Shown: piece by piece, positions 1 through 8,869 of the stretch
How positions within the stretch are numbered: position 1 is the stretch's first letter
Layout of the letters: every line of letters begins with the position of its first letter
Assembly: GCF_006345805.1 (NCBI RefSeq)
Contig: NW_021826918.1
Span: 1 to 11,890, forward strand
Length of the DNA stretch: 11,890 bases
Source: Octopus sinensis
Lineage: Eukaryota
Reading direction: 5' to 3'
The notes under the pieces: model-generated
The model's input: only the letters and a program-made list of their open reading frames with translations
What the model was told of the DNA's origin: nothing
Databases searched by the model: none
Made by a program: the position numbers and the translations under genes

Positions 1-84
1 GCTGCAATTTTTGCAACTTGTAATAAAGCCGTCTTTGTATGAAAGAATGTACTAAAGACCAACCCATTCTTGTTGCTTCTTTCT

Positions 85-121
85 CGTATATATATTATAT
101 TATATATATATACTATATAAT

Positions 122-173
<52 letters not shown>

Positions 174-325
174 TATGTGTGTGTGTTGTGTGTGTGTGTG
201 TGTATGTTGTGTGTGTGTGTATGTGTGTGTGGTGTGTCCAGCATGGCCACAGCTCGTGAGCTGAAACTAGAATCAATCATCAATCATGTGTGTATATATA
301 TATATATAGATATATATATATATAG

Positions 326-357
<32 letters not shown>

Positions 358-390
358 ATATTATATATATATATGTATGAGTATATATAG

Positions 391-422
<32 letters not shown>

Positions 423-523
423 ATACATATATAATATAACATATATACATATATATATATATACACATTATACATACATTATATATATATACCGCATATA
501 CATACATACATATATATACATAT

Positions 524-578
<55 letters not shown>

Positions 579-697
579 CATATACATATATATAGATATA
601 CATACACACACACATATATAATATATACATATACCACACACACACACACACATATATATACATATACATATACACACACACACACACACACATATAT

Positions 698-742
<45 letters not shown>
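85..742. repeat. Compound (TA)n/(TG)n/(CA)n microsatellite
   Basis: Direct dinucleotide runs; explains the IYIY/CVCV ORFs. Confidence 0.97.
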
Positions 743-1120
743 CTAGCAGAATCGCCCGGCGTTGCTCAGGTTTGTAAGGGAAATAACTATAAAGCATTTT
801 TAGAGAGTTATAGCCAAAAAATAGCAAAAAAATGGAAAAAATGATGGTAAAATTTTTTGGGAGAGTAAAAAAAGGTGGAGTTGCGTACCCTAGACAGTTT
901 GCGGTTTGTTGTGTTTCTGATTCTCGAACCCATGTCGAATTTATCGATTTTTTTCAGAACTGGGGGAACTTTTCAAAATTTTCGCTGCGTTAGTTTTGAA
1001 TTATGACATTGGGCTATGTGTGTGTCAAGTTTCATCAGAATCGGTTGAAAGCCGTGGTCAGGGTGAGGGTACAAGCAAACAGACACACAGAAACACGCAC
1101 AGACAAACTGCCGTTTATAT

Positions 1121-1125
<5 letters not shown>
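743..1125 (-). mobile_element. Non-autonomous Helitron-type element
   Basis: Minus strand ends in a GC-rich imperfect hairpin (CCTGAGCAACGCCGGGC), then CTAG followed by T, the canonical Helitron 3' end. Internal 'aaccgattctgatgaaacttgacacac' motif and a (GACA/CA)-like stretch near the 5' end resemble invertebrate non-autonomous Helitrons. The 5' TC is lost in (TA)n. Confidence 0.75.
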
Positions 1126-1167
<42 letters not shown>

Positions 1168-1186
1168 CATATATATATATATATAC
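1116..1186. repeat. (TA)n microsatellite
   Basis: Direct. Confidence 0.95.
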
Positions 1187-1224
1187 ACAGCAGTTAATCA
1201 AAGACAATGCGTAATTTTATAACT

Positions 1225-1293
1225 TTTTGCGACCCACTAAGATTCCGTTCGTGACCCATCTGTGGGTCGCAACTCATAGTTTGGGAACCACTG
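1225..1293. mobile_element. One end of a hAT (Charlie-like) MITE
   Basis: TIR TTTGGGAACCACTG at 1280-1293, subterminal GACCCA/TGGGTC repeats, and flank GTCTAGAA matching the NTCTAGAN Charlie target. The other end was not found. Confidence 0.65.
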
Positions 1294-1379
1294 GTCTAGA
1301 AGCAACCTATGGGGTTGGGGGTGAAATGCCTCGTTCACCATTTTAGCCGAAATGAAGAACCAACTGAAATGATCTAAGG

Positions 1380-1730
1380 GAGATAACTCGTCCTCGTAGA
1401 CCCGCGAGGTTTATTGGCCCTACATCCACAGATTGCAAAATCAACGGAATACGGCTGAACGGATTTTCACCAAATTTGGCAGAAATACTCATTGGAGGAG
1501 TGGCTCGAACGTATAAAATTTGGGTTTGATTATCTTCAAAGCTGGCGGACGGCTGAATCAAAATGTTTTATTTTCTTTGTTATATGTGTGTAGACGATAA
1601 GCAGGGGAAATAACTCTTGATGTAGTTTTGTTGGAAAATGAATTCGTCTGAGAATAAATTTATTAGATTAAATTTTATTTTAAAACTGTGCGCACACAGG
1701 GAAGGTATCGCCCCTCCGATGCCTTCCCTT
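1380..1730 (+). mobile_element. Probable Helentron/HINE-like non-autonomous fragment
   Basis: 'acggctgaacggattttcaccaaatttgg' motif (~1450-1478) with a partial repeat ACGGCTGAA (~1548), and a 13-bp terminal hairpin at 1698-1729. Family assignment is from recalled similarity only. Confidence 0.4.
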
Positions 1731-1761
1731 TACTTTATCATTAATAATAGCTGAAGTATAA

Positions 1762-2556
1762 GGCGGCGAGCTGGCAGAATCGTTAGCACGCCGGGTGAAT
1801 TGCTTAGCGGTATTTCGTCTGCCGTTACGTTGTGAGTTCAACTTCCGCCGAGGTCGACTTTGCCTATCATCCTTTCGGGGTCGATAAATTAAGAACCAGT
1901 TACGCACTGGGGTCGGTATAATCGACTTAATTCGTTTGTGTGTCCTTGTTTTCTCCCTCTGTGTTTAGCCCCTTGTGGGTAATAAAGAAATAGGTATTTC
2001 GTCTGCCGTTACGTTGTGAGTTCAAATTCCGCCGAGGTCGACTTTGCCTGTCATCCTTTCGGGTGTCGATTAAAGAAGTACCAGTTACGCACTGAGGTCG
2101 ATGTAATCGACTTAATACCTATGTCTGTCCTTGTTTGTCCCCTCTGTGTTTAGCCCCTTGTGGGTAGTAAAGAAATAGGTATTTCGTCTGCCGTTACGTT
2201 CTGAGTTCAAATTCCGCCGAGGTCGACTTTGCCTATCATCCTTTCGGGGCCGATAAATTAAGTACCAGTTACGCACTGGGGTCGATATAATCGACTTAAT
2301 TCGTTTGTCTGTCCTTGTTTGCTCCCTCTGTGTTTAGCCCCTTGTGGGTAATAAAGAAATAGGTATTTCGTCTGCCGTTACGTTCTGAGTTCAAATTCCG
2401 CCGAGGTCGACTTTGCCTTTCATCCTTTCGGGGTCGATAAATTAAGTACCAGTTACGCACTGGGGTCGATGTAATCGACTTAATACCTATGTCTGTCCTG
2501 GTTTGTCCCCTCTGTGTTTAGCCCCTTGTGGGTAATAAAGAAATAGGTATTTCGTC
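1762..2556 (+). mobile_element. tRNA-derived SINE head plus four tandem 184-185 bp units (array 1)
   Basis: Head GGCGG...CCGCC with A box TGGCAGAATCG and B box GAGTTCAA(A/C)TTCC. Units start at 1809, 1993, 2178 and 2362, with an 11-nt stub at 2546. Core CCTTTCATCCTTTCGGGGTCGATAAATTAAGTACCAG resembles the Meta-SINE domain as recalled. Confidence 0.9.
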
Positions 2557-2616
2557 GTCCAGACAACCCATTATATATACACAGACATGCAGGAAGTAAA
2601 TAGACACCTTTAATTT

Positions 2617-3071
2617 TCAGTTTTTAACACCATTTTGACACAACGATCTCCATTTTGTCCGTTCCAAGGCTGTTCACTCAAAGGTATTGCAATCTATCTT
2701 CATTTCTAAGAGGTTATACTTCAGCTTTTTTTCATATCTGAGCCATGGTCGACCAACATTCCTCTGCACCAGTGGTTTTCAACCAGGGTTCCGCGGAACC
2801 TTAGGGTTCGGCCAGTACAGTCCAGGGGTTCCGCAAGAGGTTACAAAACTGTTAAAATCGGCAGTAATTTTTAATTCTCCTGTGCAGATATGTGTGCATA
2901 AGACTATTAAATTATTCCAAAGGGGTTCCCCGAGCCAGTGGAATGTTTCCTTGGGGTTCCGCTCCAGCAAAAAGTTTGAAAAGCACTGCTCTGCACACTA
3001 TCAAACTGGTTGCACAAGAGGACTTTGAGTATTCTTTCGTCACTCATTCTGATGACATGGCCAGCCCACAT
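2617..3071 (-). mobile_element. RTE-clade LINE ORF C-terminal remnant, interrupted by a MITE
   Basis: After removing 2770-2988 and one TSD, a single frame reads MWAGHVIRMSDERILKVLLCNQFDSVQRNVGRPWLRYEKKLKYNLLEMKIDCNTFE*TALERTKWRSLCQNGVKN*. This matches the RTE WAGHV..GRP..RY..W motif. Confidence 0.85.
2770..2988. mobile_element. Intact hAT MITE (219 bp)
   Basis: TIRs CAGTGGTTTTCAA / TTGAAAAGCACTG (12/13), perfect 8-bp TSD CTCTGCAC (2762-2769 and 2989-2996), GGGTTCC subterminal repeats. Confidence 0.93.
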
Positions 3072-3087
3072 AAATATATAAATACTC

Positions 3088-3400
3088 TTTTTTTTTACAC
3101 CCTTTTCAAGCCTAGCCAGGCTCATGAGCCTGGTTTGCCGGTTTCTATGGCGTATGTGTTCCCCCCAGCTGGACGGGATGCCAGTCCATCGCAGCATTAC
3201 TTAAGAAACAGGAAGTGAGAGTGAGAGAAAGTTGGGGCGAAAGAGTATAACAGGGGTCACCACTATCCCCTGCTGGAACCTCGTGGAGCTTTAGGTATTT
3301 TTGCTCAATAAACACACACAACGCCCGGTCTAGGAATCAAAACCGCGATCCTCTGACCGCGAGTCCACTGCCCTAACCACTGGGCCATTGCGCTTCCACA
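3088..3400 (-). mobile_element. tRNA-derived SINE (head shared with 3970-4277, tail shared with 3401-3653)
   Basis: Minus strand GGAAGCGCAATGGCCCAGTGGTTAGGGCA... A/B boxes; GCGATGGACTGGCATCCCGTCCAG (V-domain-like) segment; poly(A) end. Confidence 0.85.
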
Positions 3401-3653
3401 AAAATGCGCCCTTTTAAAGCCTAGCCAGGCTCGTGGGCCTGGTTTCCTGGTTTCAATGGCATAAGTGTTCCCCAATTGGACGGGACACTGGTCCATCGCA
3501 GCGTTACTCATTTTTGCCAGCTGAGTGGACAGGAGCAACGTGAAGTGAAGTGTTTTGCTGAAGAACAAAACGCATCGCCCGGTCCAGGAATCGAAACCAC
3601 AATCTTACGATCATGATGCTAACATCCTCACCACTAAGCCACGCGCCTCCACA
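3401..3653 (-). mobile_element. tRNA-derived CORE-like SINE (possibly octopus OR2-related)
   Basis: A box TGGCTTAGTGG, B box GGTTTCGATTCC, CORE-like AGCAAAACACTTCACTTCACGTTGCTCC..CCACTCAGCTGGCAAAAATGAGTA, and the same 3' end as 3088-3200. Confidence 0.85.
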
Positions 3654-3969
3654 TATATAAATGCTGGCGATTATTTATTCCTTTAAACTTCCACTTTCTT
3701 TTCTCTCTCTATCATTAATAATTCCAGATTATTAATAATAACCTACCTGAATCTCTCTCTCTTAAACCATATATTGTCCTCACATCCATCACTGCTCCTC
3801 AATTTCCTTTTTGGATATCTTACAAAACCTCTTTCCCTCTTCTCTGTAATAAATTTTTAAAGAGGCAAAGTTGACCCCAAACCGATATCGAAAAATTGAT
3901 GTAATTATGATGTTCTGTTGAGCCAGCCTTCTCTATTCTGCATTTGTTTGTAAGATGTACAATAATACT

Positions 3970-4277
3970 GTGGAGGCGCAATGGCCCAGTGGTTAGGGCA
4001 GCGGACTCGCGGTCGTAGGATCGCGGTTTCGATACCCAGGCCGGGCGTTGTGAGTGTTTATTGAGCGAAAACACCTAAAGCTCCACGAGGCTCCGGCAGG
4101 GGGTGGTGGCGATCCCTGCTGTACTCTTTCGCCACAACTTTCTCTCGCCCTTTCTTCTGTTGGCCTGCCCACTTAGCCAGCGGGATGGCGTCATTTGAAG
4201 GCTAAAACAATGCAAAGCGCATTGTGACCAGCGATGTGTAGCAACATCTGATAGCCTGGTCGGTCACGGTGACGGTG
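3970..4277 (+). mobile_element. Full-length tRNA-derived SINE with TSD
   Basis: A box TGGCCCAGTGG, B box GGTTTCGATACC, (CGGTGA)n-like tail, 11-bp TSD ACAATAATACT (3959-3969 and 4278-4288). Confidence 0.9.
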
Positions 4278-4464
4278 ACAATAATACTATACAACTTATA
4301 GCATAAACACAAGTGCTCACATATAACATAATTTATCATACATTAACATAAATTATTTCTGAATGATATTTGCTGTGAAATGTCCATAATCCTATAAATA
4401 TCAACTCTTGAAATAAATATATTTATCTTATATCTCCTGAACCTTTCTTAATATTCTGTTACAT

Positions 4465-4770
4465 TCATCATCATCATCATCATCGTTTAACGTCCGTTTT
4501 CCATGCTAGCATGGGTTGGACGGTTCAACTGGGGTCTGGGAAGCCAGGAGGCTGCGCCAGGCCCAGTCTGATCTGGCAGTGTTTCTACGGCTGGATGCCC
4601 TTCCTAATGCAACCACTCCGAGAGTGTAGTGGGTGCTTTTTATGTGCCACCGGCCCGGGGGCCAGACGAGGCTGGCAAACGGCCACGATCGGATGGTGCT
4701 TTTTCGTGCCACCAGCTCAGAGGCCAGTTGGGGCGGCGCTGGCAACAGCCACGTTTGGACGGTTCTCTTG
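4465..4770 (-). mobile_element. 5'-truncated retroposon (SINE or LINE 3' end) with (GAT)n tail
   Basis: (TCA)n at 4465-4484; minus-strand TTAGGAAGGGCATCCAGCCGTAGAAAC motif typical of widespread retroposons; internal ~63-bp tandem duplication (GGTGCTTTTT..GTGCCACC..GGCCAG..GCTGGCAA..GCCACG). Confidence 0.7.
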
Positions 4771-4771
4771 G

Positions 4772-5385
4772 AATAATAATAATATAATAATTGTGTACAG
4801 TGCTCAGGTGCACTACAACTCATCTAAAGTGTATATATAATCAGGTGTAGTTTCGGCGGATTTCAGAAAGCATGAGGGCCTTAAAGGATGCAGTGTCATG
4901 GCAGTCAACAACTGACGCAGGCAGTTTATTCCATGCTTCAAGCAACTCTGAGCGTGAAGAAATGTTTCCGAAAGTCATGGGAGCTGTGTTGTTTTCTGAC
5001 TTTGTAGGCATGTCCACTGTGTTGGACACATGGAGATCAAAAAGGTGTTCAGTGTTGTTGTTGTGAGTGGTTGATAACCTTGTGGGTGTTTACCAAGTCC
5101 GTCGCCAGACGCCGGAGCTTCAGTGAATCCATGCCCAGGGAAACAAGGCGCTCAGAATATGGTAGGTGTCTGATGGAGGGTATGCGTTTGGTTGCACGTC
5201 TCTGGACAGATTCCAGGAGGTCAATGTTCTGAGCAAGATAGGGATTCCAAACTGATGATGTGAATTCCAAGTGTGGTCATACCATAGCTGTATAGTTTTA
5301 AATAGATGGCTGGAGAGCGGCTAACAAAATAATCTTTACTGATTGAATTTACTGGATTTCAGCCACATAGGACTACACACTACAC
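4772..5385 (-). mobile_element. CR1-clade LINE 3' remnant (RT C-terminal region, 3'UTR, (TTA)n tail)
   Basis: Translations KLYTAMV*PHLEFTSSVWNPYLAQNIDLLESVQRRATKRIP..YSERL..LKLRRLATDL and EAWNKLPASVV..SFK are diagnostic CR1 motifs; stops and frameshifts present. Confidence 0.88.
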
Positions 5386-5445
5386 CTCTGTGTATTGGTT
5401 TGTTATGTGGTTTGTAGCCTGGATTATATAAATCTATATAATAAA

Positions 5446-6000
5446 GGTGGCAAACTGGCAGAAACGTTAGCACTCCGGGTGAAATGCGTAGCCGTATTTC
5501 GTCTGCCATTACGTTCTGAGTTCAAATTCCGCCGAGGTCGACTTTGCCTTTCATCCTTTCGGGGTTGATAAATTAAGTACCAGTTATGCACTGAGGTCAA
5601 TGTAATCGACTTATTTCGTTTGTCCGTTCTTGTTTGTCCTCTCTGTGTTTAGCCCCTTGTGGGTAATAAAGAAAAAGGTATTTCGCTCGTCGCTACGTTC
5701 TGAGTTCAAATTCCGCCGAGGTCGACTTTGCCTTTCATCCTTTCGGGGTCGATTAAATAAGTACCAGTTACGCACTGGGGTCGATGTAATCGACTTAATA
5801 CCTATGTCTGTCCTTGTTTGTCCTCTCTGTGTTTAGCTCCTTGTGGGTAATAAAGAAACATATATTAGATATGTTTAATTTTGGGGGTCGATAAATTAAG
5901 TACCAGTCACGCACTGGGGATCGATGTAATCGACTTAATCCATTTGTCTGTTCTTGTTTGTCCCCTCTATGTTGAGCCCCTTGTGGGTAATAAGGAAATA
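5446..6000 (+). mobile_element. SINE multimer array 2 (head, two full units, one 5'-truncated unit)
   Basis: Same family as 1762-2556. Units at 5493-5676 and 5677-5860, partial unit at 5883-6000. Flanked by TATATAAATCTATATA (5425-5440 and 6001-6016). Confidence 0.9.
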
Positions 6001-6043
6001 TATATAAATCTATATACTACCACTGGATTATATAAATCTATAT

Positions 6044-6237
6044 ATTCTTTTCTACTCTAGGCACAGGGCCTGAAATTTTGGGGAAGGGGAAGGGGAATAG
6101 GCGATTAGATCAACCCCAGTACACAGCTGGTACTTAATTTATCGACCTTGTAAGGAAGAAAGGCAAAGTTGACTTCAGCGGAATTTGAACTCAGAACGTA
6201 ACAAGACGAAATACCTCTAAACATTCCACCTGGCGTT
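6044..6237 (-). mobile_element. Monomeric SINE with the array head/core but a different tail
   Basis: Reverse complement matches the array unit from GGTATTTCGTC to CTGGGGT(T/C)GAT, then diverges into ...GGCCCTGTGCCTAGAGTAGAAAAGAATA. Confidence 0.85.
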
Positions 6238-6361
6238 CATATAGTTTGGAATTCACCTTGACACTGTCCCTTTGTACAGGCCTAAGGCATGGAAATGATG
6301 GTCAACATAAAAAGACCCCTGCATCTGATGAAACCCCAAACAAGGCCACCACCAATGACGC

Positions 6362-6718
6362 TTTTTTATTCTTTTACTCTTTTACTTGTTTCAGTCATTT
6401 GACTGCGGCCATGCTGGAGCACCGCCTTTAATCGAGCAACTCGACCCCGGGGCTTATTCTTTGTAAGCCCAGTACTTATTCTATCGGTCTCTTTTTGCCG
6501 AACCGCTAAGTGACAGGGACATAAATACACCAGCATCGGTTGTCAAGCAATGCTACGGGGACAAACACAGACACACATATATATATATACATATATACGA
6601 CGGGCTTCTTTCAGTTTCCGTCTACCAAATCCACTCACAAGGCATTGGTCGGCCCGGGGCTATAGTAGAAGACACTTGCCCGAGGTGCCACGCAGTGGGA
6701 CTGAACCCGAACCATGTG
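6362..6718 (-). mobile_element. tRNA/CORE-type SINE, 5' A-box region missing
   Basis: Minus strand GGTTCAGTCCC B box, CORE-like CTCGGGCAAGTGTCTTCTACTATAGCC, internal (TA)n, (AAGAGTA)-like tail. Confidence 0.8.
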
Positions 6719-6789
6719 AAAAAATAAAATGCATAAAAAAAAAAAAATAAGACAAGATATTTTTCAAATCTGGTTTATTTCACATATAA

Positions 6790-6829
6790 CATATATATAA
6801 TATATATATATATATATATTATGTTAATT

Positions 6830-6907
<78 letters not shown>

Positions 6908-6915
6908 AGATACAC

Positions 6916-6950
<35 letters not shown>

Positions 6951-6952
6951 AC
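6790..6952. repeat. (TA)n microsatellite
   Basis: Direct. Confidence 0.95.
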
Positions 6953-6974
6953 TAATTATTGGTATGGAAGTGGT

Positions 6975-7155
6975 GCTTGTGGTTGTTGTTGTTGCTGTTG
7001 TAGTTGAGATTTGGTGTGGTGGAAATAACTGTGGTTATGGCTGTTATCACTGTCATAGCAGAGACTGGGTGTGATTGGGGCAGTGGAGCGTCTTATTCCA
7101 GTCACTGTGCTAGGGTTTGGTCTGTGGTAGTGGTGGTAGTAGTAGTAGTAGTAGT

Positions 7156-7209
<54 letters not shown>

Positions 7210-7215
7210 GGCGGT
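6975..7215. repeat. Mixed (GTT)/(GTA)/(GCA)/(GGT) trinucleotide low-complexity tract
   Basis: Direct; produces the poly-V, poly-S and poly-T ORFs. Confidence 0.9.
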
Positions 7216-7239
7216 GTTGGTTTTTGTTGTAGCGAGTCT

Positions 7240-8860
7240 GACAATATTTGCTGTGTTTCTTGTCACACAGTTCTCATCAGTTACAACACCCGGTTGTGTC
7301 ACAGTACTCTGTCCTCCAGCCTCTGTGTGTGCCTGACACATTTCTGTCACAGGCAGAATCTGTTTGTGACACAGAGGTGCACCAGCGTTACACGATTGTA
7401 TTTATTTTTTATGGCCCATGTTACAATTTACAATGCTGTCTTCTTGTTACAGAGTAGTAACAGATAAAATTTATTTGTGACAGTGTCACAATGTGTCTCA
7501 TACATAGGTACAATACTAGGCAAGTGTGATAAGGCAGTATCATTTGTTACACTACTATAAATTTTGTTACACTACTAAACTCATCTGACAGTGGTGTAAC
7601 AGAGAGTACTATTTGTTATACATCTATAACACAGTGAGACACTCATGTTACACTATTATGTGTTATAGAATATGTTACATAGATGTATTTTGTTACAATT
7701 CTCTACTAATATTACAATGCTGTAACTTTGTCCCACAGTTGTGACACAGCATATATCAATGACTCTAATAAGTGACACGGTGTAGTATTTTGTTACATTT
7801 CCCAGCTGTTACAATATTGTGAATTTGTTACAACTCTATATCTCTAGTGTAGCATTGTGACATGCTGCATTTCTTAAAAATACAGTGACATACTTGTGTC
7901 AGACGACAATGCATGTAACACTGCTGTCTTTTGTAACAGCATTTGTTACAATGTTGCAAAAAACAGTATTATTTAGTGAATGTGACATACTTGTGTTACA
8001 CTGCTCTATTATGTAATATGTTACAATGTTCTGTTTTGTAACAGCAGTGGGTTAGTGAAGCATTACTGTTTTTTGTTACAGTTCTACATTCTAGTTACAT
8101 TGTTGTGCGATACTTTTATGTTACTGTGTTGGATGAGGGTGTAGTGCCACATTGTTCTGTGCAGTTATAGTGTCATAGTGTAGTGTGTGGGGCTTCAGTG
8201 TCACAGTGTTGGATGGGGTTGTAGCGTGAGTGTTGGGCAGAGTTCTCTTGTTACAGTGTTAGGTTTAGGTGGGTTTTTGTGTTAGTGTCACAGAATTGGA
8301 TGGGACTGTTTTTCATCACAACGTCAGTGTGGTTCTAGTGTCACAGTGAAGGGTGGGGGTGGGGGTTCTCGTGTTACTGTGTTACAGGTGCTGTAACATC
8401 ACAGAATTGGATAGGGCTGTTTTGTGACATAGCATCAGGTGAGGTCTTAGCATTGGATGGGAGTGTGGTGTCACAATGTTAGGTGAGGTCCCTTGCATTA
8501 CAGTGTGGGAATTTAGGCGTCACACTGTTGGGTAGCATTGTAGTGTCACAATGCTTGTGATGGGCTCTAGCGTCAGTGTTGGAAGGAACCCTAGTGTTAC
8601 AGCATTGAGCAGGTGTGACTAAATTTGCACAGACCCCTGGTGTCACAGTATTGGGTAAGACTCATGTGTTACAGTGTTGCAGGGAGTTCTAGTGTTACTT
8701 TATTGAAGGGGGTTTAAGAGTCAAAGCTGTAGTGGCACAGTGATTGTGACAGGCTGTAATGTCACACCATTGTGGAAGTCTCTAATATAACAGTGACACT
8801 ATGACCACGTTACAAGTGTCATGTTGCTGCTTCTGGTGTCACAGTGTTGTGTCATGGTTT
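7240..8860. repeat. Degenerate TGTNACA-rich minisatellite domain
   Basis: Dozens of TGTCACA/TGTGACA/TGTTACA/TGTAACA-like motifs. From ~8130 to 8850 the units are mostly 25-27 bp, consensus roughly TAGTGTCACAGTGTTGGATGGG. Confidence 0.75.
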
Positions 8861-8869
8861 CTATGCTTT

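Noticed and set aside
39-1214. ORFs of IYIY/CVCV type
   Set aside because: Translations of dinucleotide microsatellites and a Helitron fragment.
1762-1850. Functional tRNA gene (also heads at 3970 and 5446)
   Set aside because: The cloverleaf is degenerate and continues into SINE bodies and tails.
1809-2545. CRISPR-like or hammerhead retrozyme interpretation of the tandem array
   Set aside because: No unique spacers and a eukaryotic context. No CUGAnGA hammerhead core on either strand, although a GAAA is present.
2687-3568. ORFs of 63-113 aa
   Set aside because: They span MITE and SINE sequence; only the RTE portion of one is meaningful.
6719-6780. Minus-strand AATAAA (~6775-6780) as the poly(A) site of the PLAC gene
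   Set aside because: About 4.8 kb from the stop, in AT-rich sequence where the hexamer is common; not supportable without RNA data.
7004-7467. Thr-rich mucin-like or Ser/Val-rich ORFs
   Set aside because: Driven by trinucleotide repeats. All minus-strand frames I checked contain stops, and the adjacent minisatellite period is not a multiple of 3.
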